The notes beneath the pieces were generated by a model that had not been told where the DNA came from, did no database searches, and saw only the letters and a program-made list of their open reading frames with translations. Of a stretch of 64,000 nucleotides of DNA, positions 29,643-38,600 are shown one piece after another. Within the stretch, counting starts at the first letter, position 1. Every line of letters starts with the position of its first letter. The DNA is from a virus. Taxonomy: Duplodnaviria > Caudoviricetes. The translations under genes were made by a program, and so were the position numbers. Location of the stretch: positions 23 through 64,022 of the IMG/VR virus record IMGVR_UViG_3300022602_003472. One strand, given 5' to 3'.

Positions 29643-30897
29643 GTTTGTGTGCATTTTCTGCATCCCAGGCATGAACCACATTTCTTAAGGTCAATCCTTC
29701 CCCGTCATCAACTTTCATTTGCATCATAACCGGAGCAATATCACGAGTATGTTTGTGAAATATACCAAGCGATACATCGTCGCGCCTGGCTTTTGGCACA
29801 CATTGTCCGCAACCGCAATGTGTCTTTGGGCAACGAATTAACGGAATCGATCCTGTCTGTTTGATAGTTGTCTCTAACTGATCGCAGTATTTGTCTAATT
29901 CACTGACTCGACATATGGGTTTGACTTCTCCGTTCAAATCAACTTGACAGGTTTGATGATGCCAAACTTGGTCAATCTCTTGATGTATGTATAAGAAATA
30001 CCAATTGATCATGCAATTCCAACCTTGGAAATTGTTATTGGTAAGGAATTTGGCATCGTCCCAATTACCAATTTCATCCATTAACGACATACGACGCCCA
30101 CCGCAGCAAGGTCGACCAATGCTTTGTCCAACCAGATTCTTTGGTTGTTGTGGAGTATTAGATTGAGCAATTTGTTGTGTAGATACTGTGTCAGTTTCCT
30201 TATCCTCGCGCAACACATGTGAGTTTTTTAGATTCCAAAATTGCTTGAGCCAATCCATCTGCCAATCTGAATAGAGATGCACAGTCTTGTCTCTCAATCC
30301 CAGCTTGATAGTTCCTTCGTCTCCTATGACACGCGGTGTATATGATATACCAACATCATCAAACCATTGGCATAGATCGATGCATTCTTTGAAATATTCA
30401 TCATCTTGATGAAACATGACATTTACTTTGAACTTATACTTGCGCTCGTGCATAATTTTCATGTTTAATCTTACTCGAGCCTTCTGCTCAGCAGTGCTTT
30501 CACAATGATAGCTGATTGTAGAAAAAGTAGTGTTGTTCATGACCTGTTCCAATCTGCGTTCACTGTAGAAACCATTGGTTGTCACGGTCCTATGCATGCT
30601 GGGATGTTTTTCGCTCAGATATTCGAGAAAGGGGAAGAAATCTGGATTTACAGTTGGTTCGCCTCCGGTAAAACTGCAGGATATCTTGAAAGGTTTTGAT
30701 CTGTATCTGTTATAAATCTCGCCATATCTAGCCACGCTATCAGCTGTGCGCACCAATTCATCAAAACGTGCAGTGGGACTCCAATTGTTTCTTCGGTGCG
30801 GCGGGCAGTAAGAACACGTATATGTGCATCTGCGGCCAAGGTCCCAGATCACTAAGAGACTATCAGTTTCGTTATCATCAACAGCACAGAAACTCAT
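29632..30897 (-). CDS. Radical SAM protein with C-terminal Cys cluster
   Basis: CTYTCSYC, FTGGEPT, TTNG, RPCCGG, CPKTHCGCGQC. Confidence 0.9.
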   Translation of the reverse strand: MSFCAVDDNETDSLLVIWDLGRRCTYTCSYCPPHRRNNWSPTARFDELVRTADSVARYGEIYNRYRSKPFKISCSFTGGEPTVNPDFFPFLEYLSEKHPSMHRTVTTNGFYSERRLEQVMNNTTFSTISYHCESTAEQKARVRLNMKIMHERKYKFKVNVMFHQDDEYFKECIDLCQWFDDVGISYTPRVIGDEGTIKLGLRDKTVHLYSDWQMDWLKQFWNLKNSHVLREDKETDTVSTQQIAQSNTPQQPKNLVGQSIGRPCCGGRRMSLMDEIGNWDDAKFLTNNNFQGWNCMINWYFLYIHQEIDQVWHHQTCQVDLNGEVKPICRVSELDKYCDQLETTIKQTGSIPLIRCPKTHCGCGQCVPKARRDDVSLGIFHKHTRDIAPVMMQMKVDDGEGLTLRNVVHAWDAENAHKHVG

Positions 30898-30910
30898 ATC
30901 ACAATCCTTT

Positions 30911-32224
30911 TCATAGCATCCACGGTTGTAGATCTGGAAATACGTCTAACACATTTTGACCGCGTATCTTGTCAAGGTTGTCTGTAGATTTTTTAAAGGC
31001 TGACCAATCTTTTCTATATGTATGAGAATAATTCATGTAACCGCAAACACTATTTCTAATATCATCAGCACTTTTTATCACGATATCGCTGTAACCTTCC
31101 AGTTTTACCCAGTCAACAAATTGATCAAACTTGTGCATGACAATGTTTTTAACCATCTTAGGTAACACTCTGATGTTTAATTCAGACGGCATATGAGCCA
31201 TATGGTAGCTTATGATTGGTTGCGTTGTGGAATTATTGAATTTTTTCAATCCACTCTTTTCAAGCTTCCACTGCATGAAATCGGGCATGTGCAACACGTT
31301 ATATGCTGTGACGGTAAAGGCAAACCATGCTCTGATATTATCAGATGCTGCATCAACTTTCTGTATGTTACGCCATACTTTTTCCCAATTAGCTGGGTGT
31401 CTTTGATATTCAAAAACCTTACCATATCCATCAATGCTAGCGCCAACTTCTATGTTTTTAAAATGCGTCCAAAGATCCAATACCCTGGGAGATATGCTGG
31501 TCATGTTGGTGTTATATTCCACAGTCATAGACGCTGCAGCACCGTTATCAATACAACGCTGTAAAAATTCATAGTGCCGTGCTATCAATAGCGGCTCGCC
31601 CCCTGCCATATAAACATGCTGCACGTTATGTGCATTTGTTTCTATTTGCTCCCAGAATGAATCGTTGTTATGCCATCCATAGCTGTGGCTGATTAATTTA
31701 CCTTGTTGCCTATGTATATGTTCTCGGCCGTGAGTATCGTTAAACCAGTTTCTGTTTGCTAGTTTTATGTAATCTTCATACCACCCAGTGCTGTCTTGAG
31801 GTCCGCACATGCGGCAAGCCAGATTACACAGATTGCCAAAACGCAAATCATAATAGGTAACCGGAAGAGCATCAACATCAATGCTCCCGTCAATGGCCGT
31901 GTGATCTATCACATCACCACGACGTAATTTCCACCTATCTTGTTCGTAGAGCCTGCGGCTTACCATACCCGATTGCTCTTCCGACTTACATCTACCACAT
32001 TCGCTGCTCCATATACCATCTAACATGTTGCGTCTCACTGATCGCATGAGATCACTGTTTCTAGATACAGACATATCATCACGAGCGGCGTTATACGGAG
32101 TTCCGTCTGGCTTTCTAAGCACACCTTTGTCTTTGGTAATATTGGCTTGACAGCACACACGAAGATCGCCATTGCTGCGAACTGCTTGGAAATTCCAAGG
32201 TATTGGGCACCATGTATCAGACAT
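30911..32224 (-). CDS. Radical SAM protein with N-terminal twitch domain
   Basis: WCPIPW...NGDLRVCC...CGRC; DLRFGNLCNLACRMC; YMAGGEPL; YNTN; ASIDG. Confidence 0.92.
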   Translation of the reverse strand: MSDTWCPIPWNFQAVRSNGDLRVCCQANITKDKGVLRKPDGTPYNAARDDMSVSRNSDLMRSVRRNMLDGIWSSECGRCKSEEQSGMVSRRLYEQDRWKLRRGDVIDHTAIDGSIDVDALPVTYYDLRFGNLCNLACRMCGPQDSTGWYEDYIKLANRNWFNDTHGREHIHRQQGKLISHSYGWHNNDSFWEQIETNAHNVQHVYMAGGEPLLIARHYEFLQRCIDNGAAASMTVEYNTNMTSISPRVLDLWTHFKNIEVGASIDGYGKVFEYQRHPANWEKVWRNIQKVDAASDNIRAWFAFTVTAYNVLHMPDFMQWKLEKSGLKKFNNSTTQPIISYHMAHMPSELNIRVLPKMVKNIVMHKFDQFVDWVKLEGYSDIVIKSADDIRNSVCGYMNYSHTYRKDWSAFKKSTDNLDKIRGQNVLDVFPDLQPWML

Positions 32225-33500
32225 TATATCTATCTCGCCAGTCATTGACTGCAATAGCAGCATGCGGAAATATAGAATCCCAATCTTGTTGCTGATTGTC
32301 TTTGAAACGCTGCCAGACCATCACCAATCGCTGCCTGTGTTCAGCTGCATCGTCGTCTGGCATGCGATACCTATGATATAATTTCTCGTAATGATCTAAC
32401 TTCTTGTTGAGTTTAGAACTGATAGATCCAACAGATATGCTGGACCGTGCAGACTTTAAGATGTTGTCTATGTGCTGTGGTTCAAGAATGTTGATATTGA
32501 AATACACAGGGTTATAAACCATGTGGCTGAAATGCTCGTTGATCTTCTTGAACCGTTGATCGGCTGCCCATTGCAATAATGCCCCGTAATGCTCCAAAGA
32601 AAGCACGCTAATAGTAGTCGATATAAACACCGATATGTGATCATCGCTTTGGTCTAACATTCGTATGTTGTCTGATACTGTTTCCCAGTTGCTTAGATAT
32701 CGTATGGCATCATTGGCAGGACCCAATGCATCAATGCTGGCACAGATACGTATCTTTTTGAATTGTTTCCACAGAGTAAACAAATCAGGTGGGAAGAAAG
32801 TGAGGTTAACACTGTATTCCAGTTCCATGTTTCTGCTGTAGCCAGATGATATCAGAGATTCCAGTAGATATCTGTGATGCTTGATCAACAAGGGTTCTCC
32901 GCCGCCAAAATTAATCTTCAGCAAACCGTTTGATGATCTTATCAAGGCATCAATGTTGTTCTTGTCTTTGGACCAACCAAACGCACTACTGGAATTTCCA
33001 AGATCATATACCTTGTCATCGACCACGAAATAATCCAAACCAGTTATCTCTTGGTGAGCATCATACCATTTTGATGCTTCGCCGGGGAAACACATTACAC
33101 AGCGCAGATTACACTGATTGCCTATTCGCAAATCAAAATCTTGGAATTTAAGACCAGTAACAGAACCATCTGGTGCTGTGGATTCCAATGCCATTGCTTT
33201 GGTAAAACTGTGCAAGTGTCGTTCCGTTTCCCATTGGTCTCGGCTGTTGGATCCCACAGACGATTCCTGTTCGCATCGCCTGCACTGTATAGGCCAATCT
33301 CCATCTAGCATCTTACGGCGCACATCCTTGAGAGTGTCGCAGTTTAACACATCTTCGCGATCCAAATCAGTGATGTTTAATATGTGTTGATTGTTATACA
33401 ACAGCGTGTTGCCCTGGCCAGCACTTTGGCTATGGCTACACATGCGGAGGTCGCCATTATTTTTAACGCCCAAGTGCGTCCAAGGTAAAGGGCACCACAT
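32217..33500 (-). CDS. Radical SAM protein with N-terminal twitch domain
   Basis: WCPLPW...NGDLRMCS...CRRC; DLRIGNQCNLRCVMC; NFGGGEPL; ASIDA. Confidence 0.92.
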   Translation of the reverse strand: MWCPLPWTHLGVKNNGDLRMCSHSQSAGQGNTLLYNNQHILNITDLDREDVLNCDTLKDVRRKMLDGDWPIQCRRCEQESSVGSNSRDQWETERHLHSFTKAMALESTAPDGSVTGLKFQDFDLRIGNQCNLRCVMCFPGEASKWYDAHQEITGLDYFVVDDKVYDLGNSSSAFGWSKDKNNIDALIRSSNGLLKINFGGGEPLLIKHHRYLLESLISSGYSRNMELEYSVNLTFFPPDLFTLWKQFKKIRICASIDALGPANDAIRYLSNWETVSDNIRMLDQSDDHISVFISTTISVLSLEHYGALLQWAADQRFKKINEHFSHMVYNPVYFNINILEPQHIDNILKSARSSISVGSISSKLNKKLDHYEKLYHRYRMPDDDAAEHRQRLVMVWQRFKDNQQQDWDSIFPHAAIAVNDWRDRYNV

Positions 33501-33568
33501 TATTTGAAATCCAGAGATATATCCATGCTAATTTATAATATATCCTATCACGCAAGTAAACTTGTAAC

Positions 33569-34423
33569 ATGAGAGATGGACCAAATAGACAATACTCAGC
33601 TGAATGGCTACAGGTCGAAAGACCTCAGCCTATGTATGATAGCAACATTCGCAAGCTATATGGTGCTATATATAACGAAAATCCAGTAGATTCTTCAAAT
33701 ATTGTCAATGATTTCAAAGATACATTCTTAGAGTATCTCGACGCACATAGCTTGAGCAATCTACGCGGATATAGAAGTTTCGCTCGATTAGACGCATGCG
33801 TTGGGTGCACTCAATTCATTGATGACTTGTATCAGCGTTTGGGCAACAACCGCCTCATGGTTTTTGAAAACGAGTACAAATACCATTGGCGATTGAATGA
33901 AAACATAGAATACACCACTATACCAACCTTGGATTCTAGCAAAGAGCTGCTGATATCAATGCCATTCCCTGCGCACGGAGATGTGCACCCAGAAATGTCT
34001 CAGATATTAGACCGATGTGCCGAGCTTCGCATACCCGTGCACATCGACGGCGCATGGGTCTCGTGCAGCCAAGGCATAGATTTCAATTTTGACCATCCTG
34101 CTATTCAAACATTCGCAATAAGCCTCAGCAAGGGCGGTCTTGGCAATGACAGGGTGGCCTTGAGATTTGCCAGGTCCAGACCAGACGGTGCCATCAGCAT
34201 AATGAATGATTTCAACATGAATTGCCAAAGCTTGATGCACATCGGAATGCAATTCATGCGACAGATAGGTCCAGAATACTTTTGGAAGAAATATGGCACA
34301 GCCTATCAGACTGTGTGTGCTGATTTCAATCTCACACCAACCAAAGCCATCCACCTAGCCAAAGATCAAAAAGGTTCGCCTGTGGGCGTGAGACCACTGT
34401 TGCGATGCCTCATTAAATCTTAA
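33569..34423 (+). CDS. Short PLP-dependent enzyme (fold type I-like)
   Basis: VGCTQFI, ISMPF, VHIDGAW, ISLSKGGLGNDRVALRF. Confidence 0.7.
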   Translation: MRDGPNRQYSAEWLQVERPQPMYDSNIRKLYGAIYNENPVDSSNIVNDFKDTFLEYLDAHSLSNLRGYRSFARLDACVGCTQFIDDLYQRLGNNRLMVFENEYKYHWRLNENIEYTTIPTLDSSKELLISMPFPAHGDVHPEMSQILDRCAELRIPVHIDGAWVSCSQGIDFNFDHPAIQTFAISLSKGGLGNDRVALRFARSRPDGAISIMNDFNMNCQSLMHIGMQFMRQIGPEYFWKKYGTAYQTVCADFNLTPTKAIHLAKDQKGSPVGVRPLLRCLIKS

Positions 34424-35325
34424 ACCACAGTCTTTTCTACCAGAGCATCCCACTTGCATGGACACAGGTCTTGATCGCATATGACGCCATCGCTGGGTAG
34501 ATCATACTCACCAAAGATGTTACCCACAGTACTGCCTACTCTGCGCGAACAACGATGTATGTCTCCTCCTATATCAACATAGAATCTGCGCACACCTGCT
34601 TGGCATTTCATGCCGTTGAACGCATGTAAACCTCGATCTAGAATGAGCGGGAATCTGATTCGTTCCCCGTCCAGATGTAGGTTAACCGGCAGCTGCCACG
34701 ACATCGCATGAGGTTTCATCTTGAGATATCTATAATTGGTTATCCACTGTCGCTGTTCTTCTGTGTATCCTAAGAACACAGTTGATCCTATCTCTTCTCT
34801 GACAAATCGAGGCAGTATTTCTATGTTCAATCCTTCCAATCTGCCAGCCAGCCGCTTGGCCCTCTCAAAATTCTCAGGTACCACCATCAGCGCCACACCG
34901 CAGCTAACCTTGTGTTGTAATATCTTGGCCACTTCAATAAAATGATCATCGTCACACTGCTCATGATGCCAACTCATCATGATGTACATGGGTCCAGCTG
35001 CGAACGAATCCCAATATCTAAGACTACGGGATGCATTTGTGCTGAATTCTATATACGTGTTTTGATCACTGACTGCTGATACGAAATCTCTGAACTGTGG
35101 CCATATGGTTGGTTCTCCGCCCATGAATTCCACATAGGTGTATTGGTTCCTTGCTCTGACTTTTACCAAGAAGTCTATGAAAGGCGCAGGGTCATCAGGC
35201 CATCTATTGCTCTTGTTGTTGTGTACAGGGCTACAATAAGAACAGCTAAAGTTACAGTAGTTGTGCATGAATAGTGTTACCAAAGCACAATCTAAATTCT
35301 CATTGGTCACATGAGCCAGCATCAA
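34420..35325 (-). CDS. Radical SAM protein with C-terminal SPASM/twitch-like motif
   Basis: CNFSCSYC, FMGGEPT, STNAS, CQAG...GDIHRC...ICDQDLCPC. Confidence 0.9.
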   Translation of the reverse strand: MMLAHVTNENLDCALVTLFMHNYCNFSCSYCSPVHNNKSNRWPDDPAPFIDFLVKVRARNQYTYVEFMGGEPTIWPQFRDFVSAVSDQNTYIEFSTNASRSLRYWDSFAAGPMYIMMSWHHEQCDDDHFIEVAKILQHKVSCGVALMVVPENFERAKRLAGRLEGLNIEILPRFVREEIGSTVFLGYTEEQRQWITNYRYLKMKPHAMSWQLPVNLHLDGERIRFPLILDRGLHAFNGMKCQAGVRRFYVDIGGDIHRCSRRVGSTVGNIFGEYDLPSDGVICDQDLCPCKWDALVEKTVV

Positions 35326-35606
35326 GCGTGTCCTATGATTCCAAAATTTTGTATGTCGTTGAGCTTGCTGACTTCGGTAATTTGATCAGTCATGATCTTG
35401 TTTACTAGTTTGATATTCTTTTTATGGTAAGACGGATCAAGCTGACCGATGATATGACCCAAATTCAAACTCAATACCGACAATACCACATCATTGGCTG
35501 TCTCGGCATTGGTTTTGGTTTCTAACTGCAGATGCAGTCCGGCTAGATAGGTGTAAAGCGCGGCGCTGAGATCATTCTTGAGATCGATTGTGGTCTGTTC
35601 ATCCAT
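35322..35606 (-). CDS. Hypothetical protein
   Basis: 94 aa; TAAATA 4 nt upstream; overlaps the downstream rSAM start. Confidence 0.6.
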   Translation of the reverse strand: MDEQTTIDLKNDLSAALYTYLAGLHLQLETKTNAETANDVVLSVLSLNLGHIIGQLDPSYHKKNIKLVNKIMTDQITEVSKLNDIQNFGIIGHA

Positions 35607-35654
35607 AATTTATTTAATGATCTAATAGCCAACTTTGCAACACTGCAGATAAGG

Positions 35655-35679
35655 TAAACCGGGCTAAATGCCCGGTTTA
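35655..35679. terminator. Terminator-like hairpin downstream of the tail sheath gene
   Basis: TAAACCGGGC-TAAAT-GCCCGGTTTA. Confidence 0.6.
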
Positions 35680-35685
35680 TCTCTA

Positions 35686-38600
35686 TTAAATTGCAGTCTG
35701 CGTGCTACCCGTACTCTGAGACCCACCTGGCAGAGGTTGAGTCAAGCTCAGCACCCTGATTGGTATGTAGATGAACTCGATGGCAATCTCTGGTTGTATA
35801 GCAACATCGATCCAAAGCTCGTGTGCCGATATCCTAGCTGCTGTGTTGTTGCTGGTATCGCAAACCACTGAGTAATCGTAGATAGCTCGCAAGCCAACTA
35901 GATTACCCATGAAGCTATTGAATGCTGCTGTCACAGCCTGTCGAGTCTGTTGATCGTTTGGTTCAAACAAGAACGGTTGAGCCAGCGTGTTTAGGTTGCG
36001 CGACAAGTAGTTTACAAGTCGAGCAACATTGACTCTGTCCAATTCCGTTGAGATCGGATCCAGCGTCTTCTGACCAAATATCACCAAACCGCGATTTGGT
36101 ATGAAGCTGATTGGATTGATGCTGTTTATATACAGCACATCTCGCTGACCTTGGTTCAACGTAACTGGTTGATAGGTACCGTCTGCCTTGAGATAGCCAA
36201 CGCTCAACGCACCATTTACAAGTCCGCGGTTGAATCCAGCAGGAGCAAACCAGGGGTATGCCACTTGGTCGTTGTATGCATAAGTGGTCAGTGCCATCAC
36301 GCTAGGAGGAACAAACACGTTCTGTCCATCGAGATTTGTTTCAAGAGCCCAAGGATAATAAACAGCAGCATAGGAGCTGTGAGTTATCAATCCATCTGGA
36401 CCATCTTCTGCTGCGTTGTTGGCATTGGTAGCCCAATTTGCTAGGCTGGTTGTGTCAGCTGTCAGTTCACCAGGCGGATCAGCAAGCACAAAGAATGTGT
36501 CTTGGCGATCTGTGTTCAATTCCACCATGTTAGCCAAGCACTCGATGTAACCCGGTGTCGCCATGAGGTTATAGTAAACAGCTTCGCCGCGTATCTCTTG
36601 ATTGCTCACGATGCTAGCATTGAGCGCATTGGTTATCATTACTCTTTGAGCAGATGAACCCATGTAAGGAGTACCATCTGGACGGTTGCCGCTTGCTGTT
36701 ACCCAGCAATCTGGATCATACGGTGCGCTCAGTGTTGGGAAGTAGTTCTTGTAATACTGCTTGACATTGTATGTGCTATAACGTGTGTTGAACAGCAACA
36801 TACCTGCTGGATATAGCTCGGCGTTAGGAGCATCGCTATCCACATAGTTGCTGACTACCATAGCGCTAGGTGCTTGGCTGCCATCAACATAACCGTCATT
36901 GTTCCAACGAGCGTCAGTGAAGATAATACCCGATGGACTGGTGTGGTTTGTGTTATCTATTAGCGAGAACGAGCTGCTTGAAGCATCATAACGATACAAC
37001 ACAGGATATGGTGTGACACTGCTGTCCACCCATATATCATTGGTTACTAATGGATTACCGTTGCTTTGTGTTGTAGGCATGCTGCCGTCTATGATCGGAC
37101 CATTTGGATCTGTGGCAGGATATGCATTCTTGTAACCCTGCCAGATCTGGCCGTTACCAACCATGATATCAACCTGTAGATAGGTATTATACCATAATGT
37201 GCCGTTTGCTGGAGGTCCAACTGGGGCTGTGGCACTGGCTGTATAAGTCAGAGGCTGCCAGCTTGAACCATCCCAGTAATACAGAACTGTGTTGGCTTCT
37301 GGTGGTGTATCGCCGTCGTTGTTGTATCTTGCGTAAACTGTGCCGATGGCACGCAACGCACCAAACGCAGCGTTAGCCACACTGTCACTGCTGTACATGG
37401 GCACAGTACCAGTGTTTGGACTGATGTTTTCCTGTATCCAAAGCGAGCCGTTGTACTTACTAACCACGAGGTTTGCCCCACGATCCTGGCTGGTTGTGTT
37501 AATCCACACGTTAGTTGCCGCAGTCTGTGGCAATGAGCTAGGCACAGTGAGGCTTGGATAGTAGCCTTGGTAAACCAATTGACGACCAAACACATATCCA
37601 TTCTGTATACCTGCGCTATTCAGCGGGGTACCACTGATATCCTTTACCGTGAACTGCGTGTTGTTGGTGTTTGTGATTGTGAGATAGTTGCCAGTAGCTG
37701 CTGATGCCACTATTGGACCAGCTGGGAATGCAGTGTTGATGGCTGACACCACACCTGCCAGCGTGTTGTTAGGTGCTGCTGGTACATTGATTGTCACCGG
37801 ATTACCAGTACCTGGATCAATGCTAAAGGTGTTTGAAGTCAAGAATCCCATGGTAACATTAAACGTAGCATTGCTGCCACTACCACTTGTTACGCTCACT
37901 GGATTGGTCGGATTCACTGTGTAAGCACCTTGGTTACCAATAGTCACAGTGTTTACACCCCAACCAAGCGTAAATGTAGCATTGATGCCGCCACCGCTGG
38001 TTGATGTAGGAGTAACGGGATTGGTTGGCACACTGCCAGTGCGCTGACCTGCCGACGTGATAGTAACACCAGTGATGGTACCACCCGAAACGTTGCTGAC
38101 TGTCAGCACCAATGGGCTTGTGTAATTTACACCAGAGAACGTTAGGGTATCACCGAGATTGTAACCAGATCCGCCTGCGGCTGGTGTTGCTGATATTGCC
38201 TTGACTGATGCCACCGACAACACAGCAGCAATGCTATGAGTGCCGCCAACTACGTTCAGCGTATCGCCAGGTACATAACCAGCACCTGGTGTAACTGTAG
38301 TCGCAGATGCTACATAGGTGGTAGCAGCCACAAACGTTGGATTGGCCACAGTGCCTGTGACAGCGCCATAGTAAGTCTGTGTCACAGGCATACCGGCATT
38401 TTGCCACGGATGAGTGAGATCACTTTCTGTGGTGATGTCAGCAAAGGCTGTGTCAGTACCGTCATAGTTGGTTATTACTAGATAGTGGCTAGAGCCACTG
38501 GTTGCTGTGCTAGCATAAGCATTGAAACTGTTAGCATCAAGCACGGCATTGATGTCACTTACAAACGATGTAAGTGTGGTTCCGCTCAGCGTTATAGTGA

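Noticed and set aside
16500-35606. Enzyme block as host chromosomal DNA or a classical NRPS/PKS/RiPP cluster
   Set aside because: It is flanked by gp19 and gp18, carries phage late-type motifs, and lacks synthases, transporters, regulators and an evident precursor. Mis-assembly cannot be excluded without reads.
16500-35606. 7-deazaguanine (QueE/QueC/QueD/FolE/DpdA) or anaerobic RNR-activase assignment for the rSAM genes
   Set aside because: No QueC, QueD, FolE, DpdA or NrdD partner was recognised in the window, and the rSAMs carry extra Cys domains.
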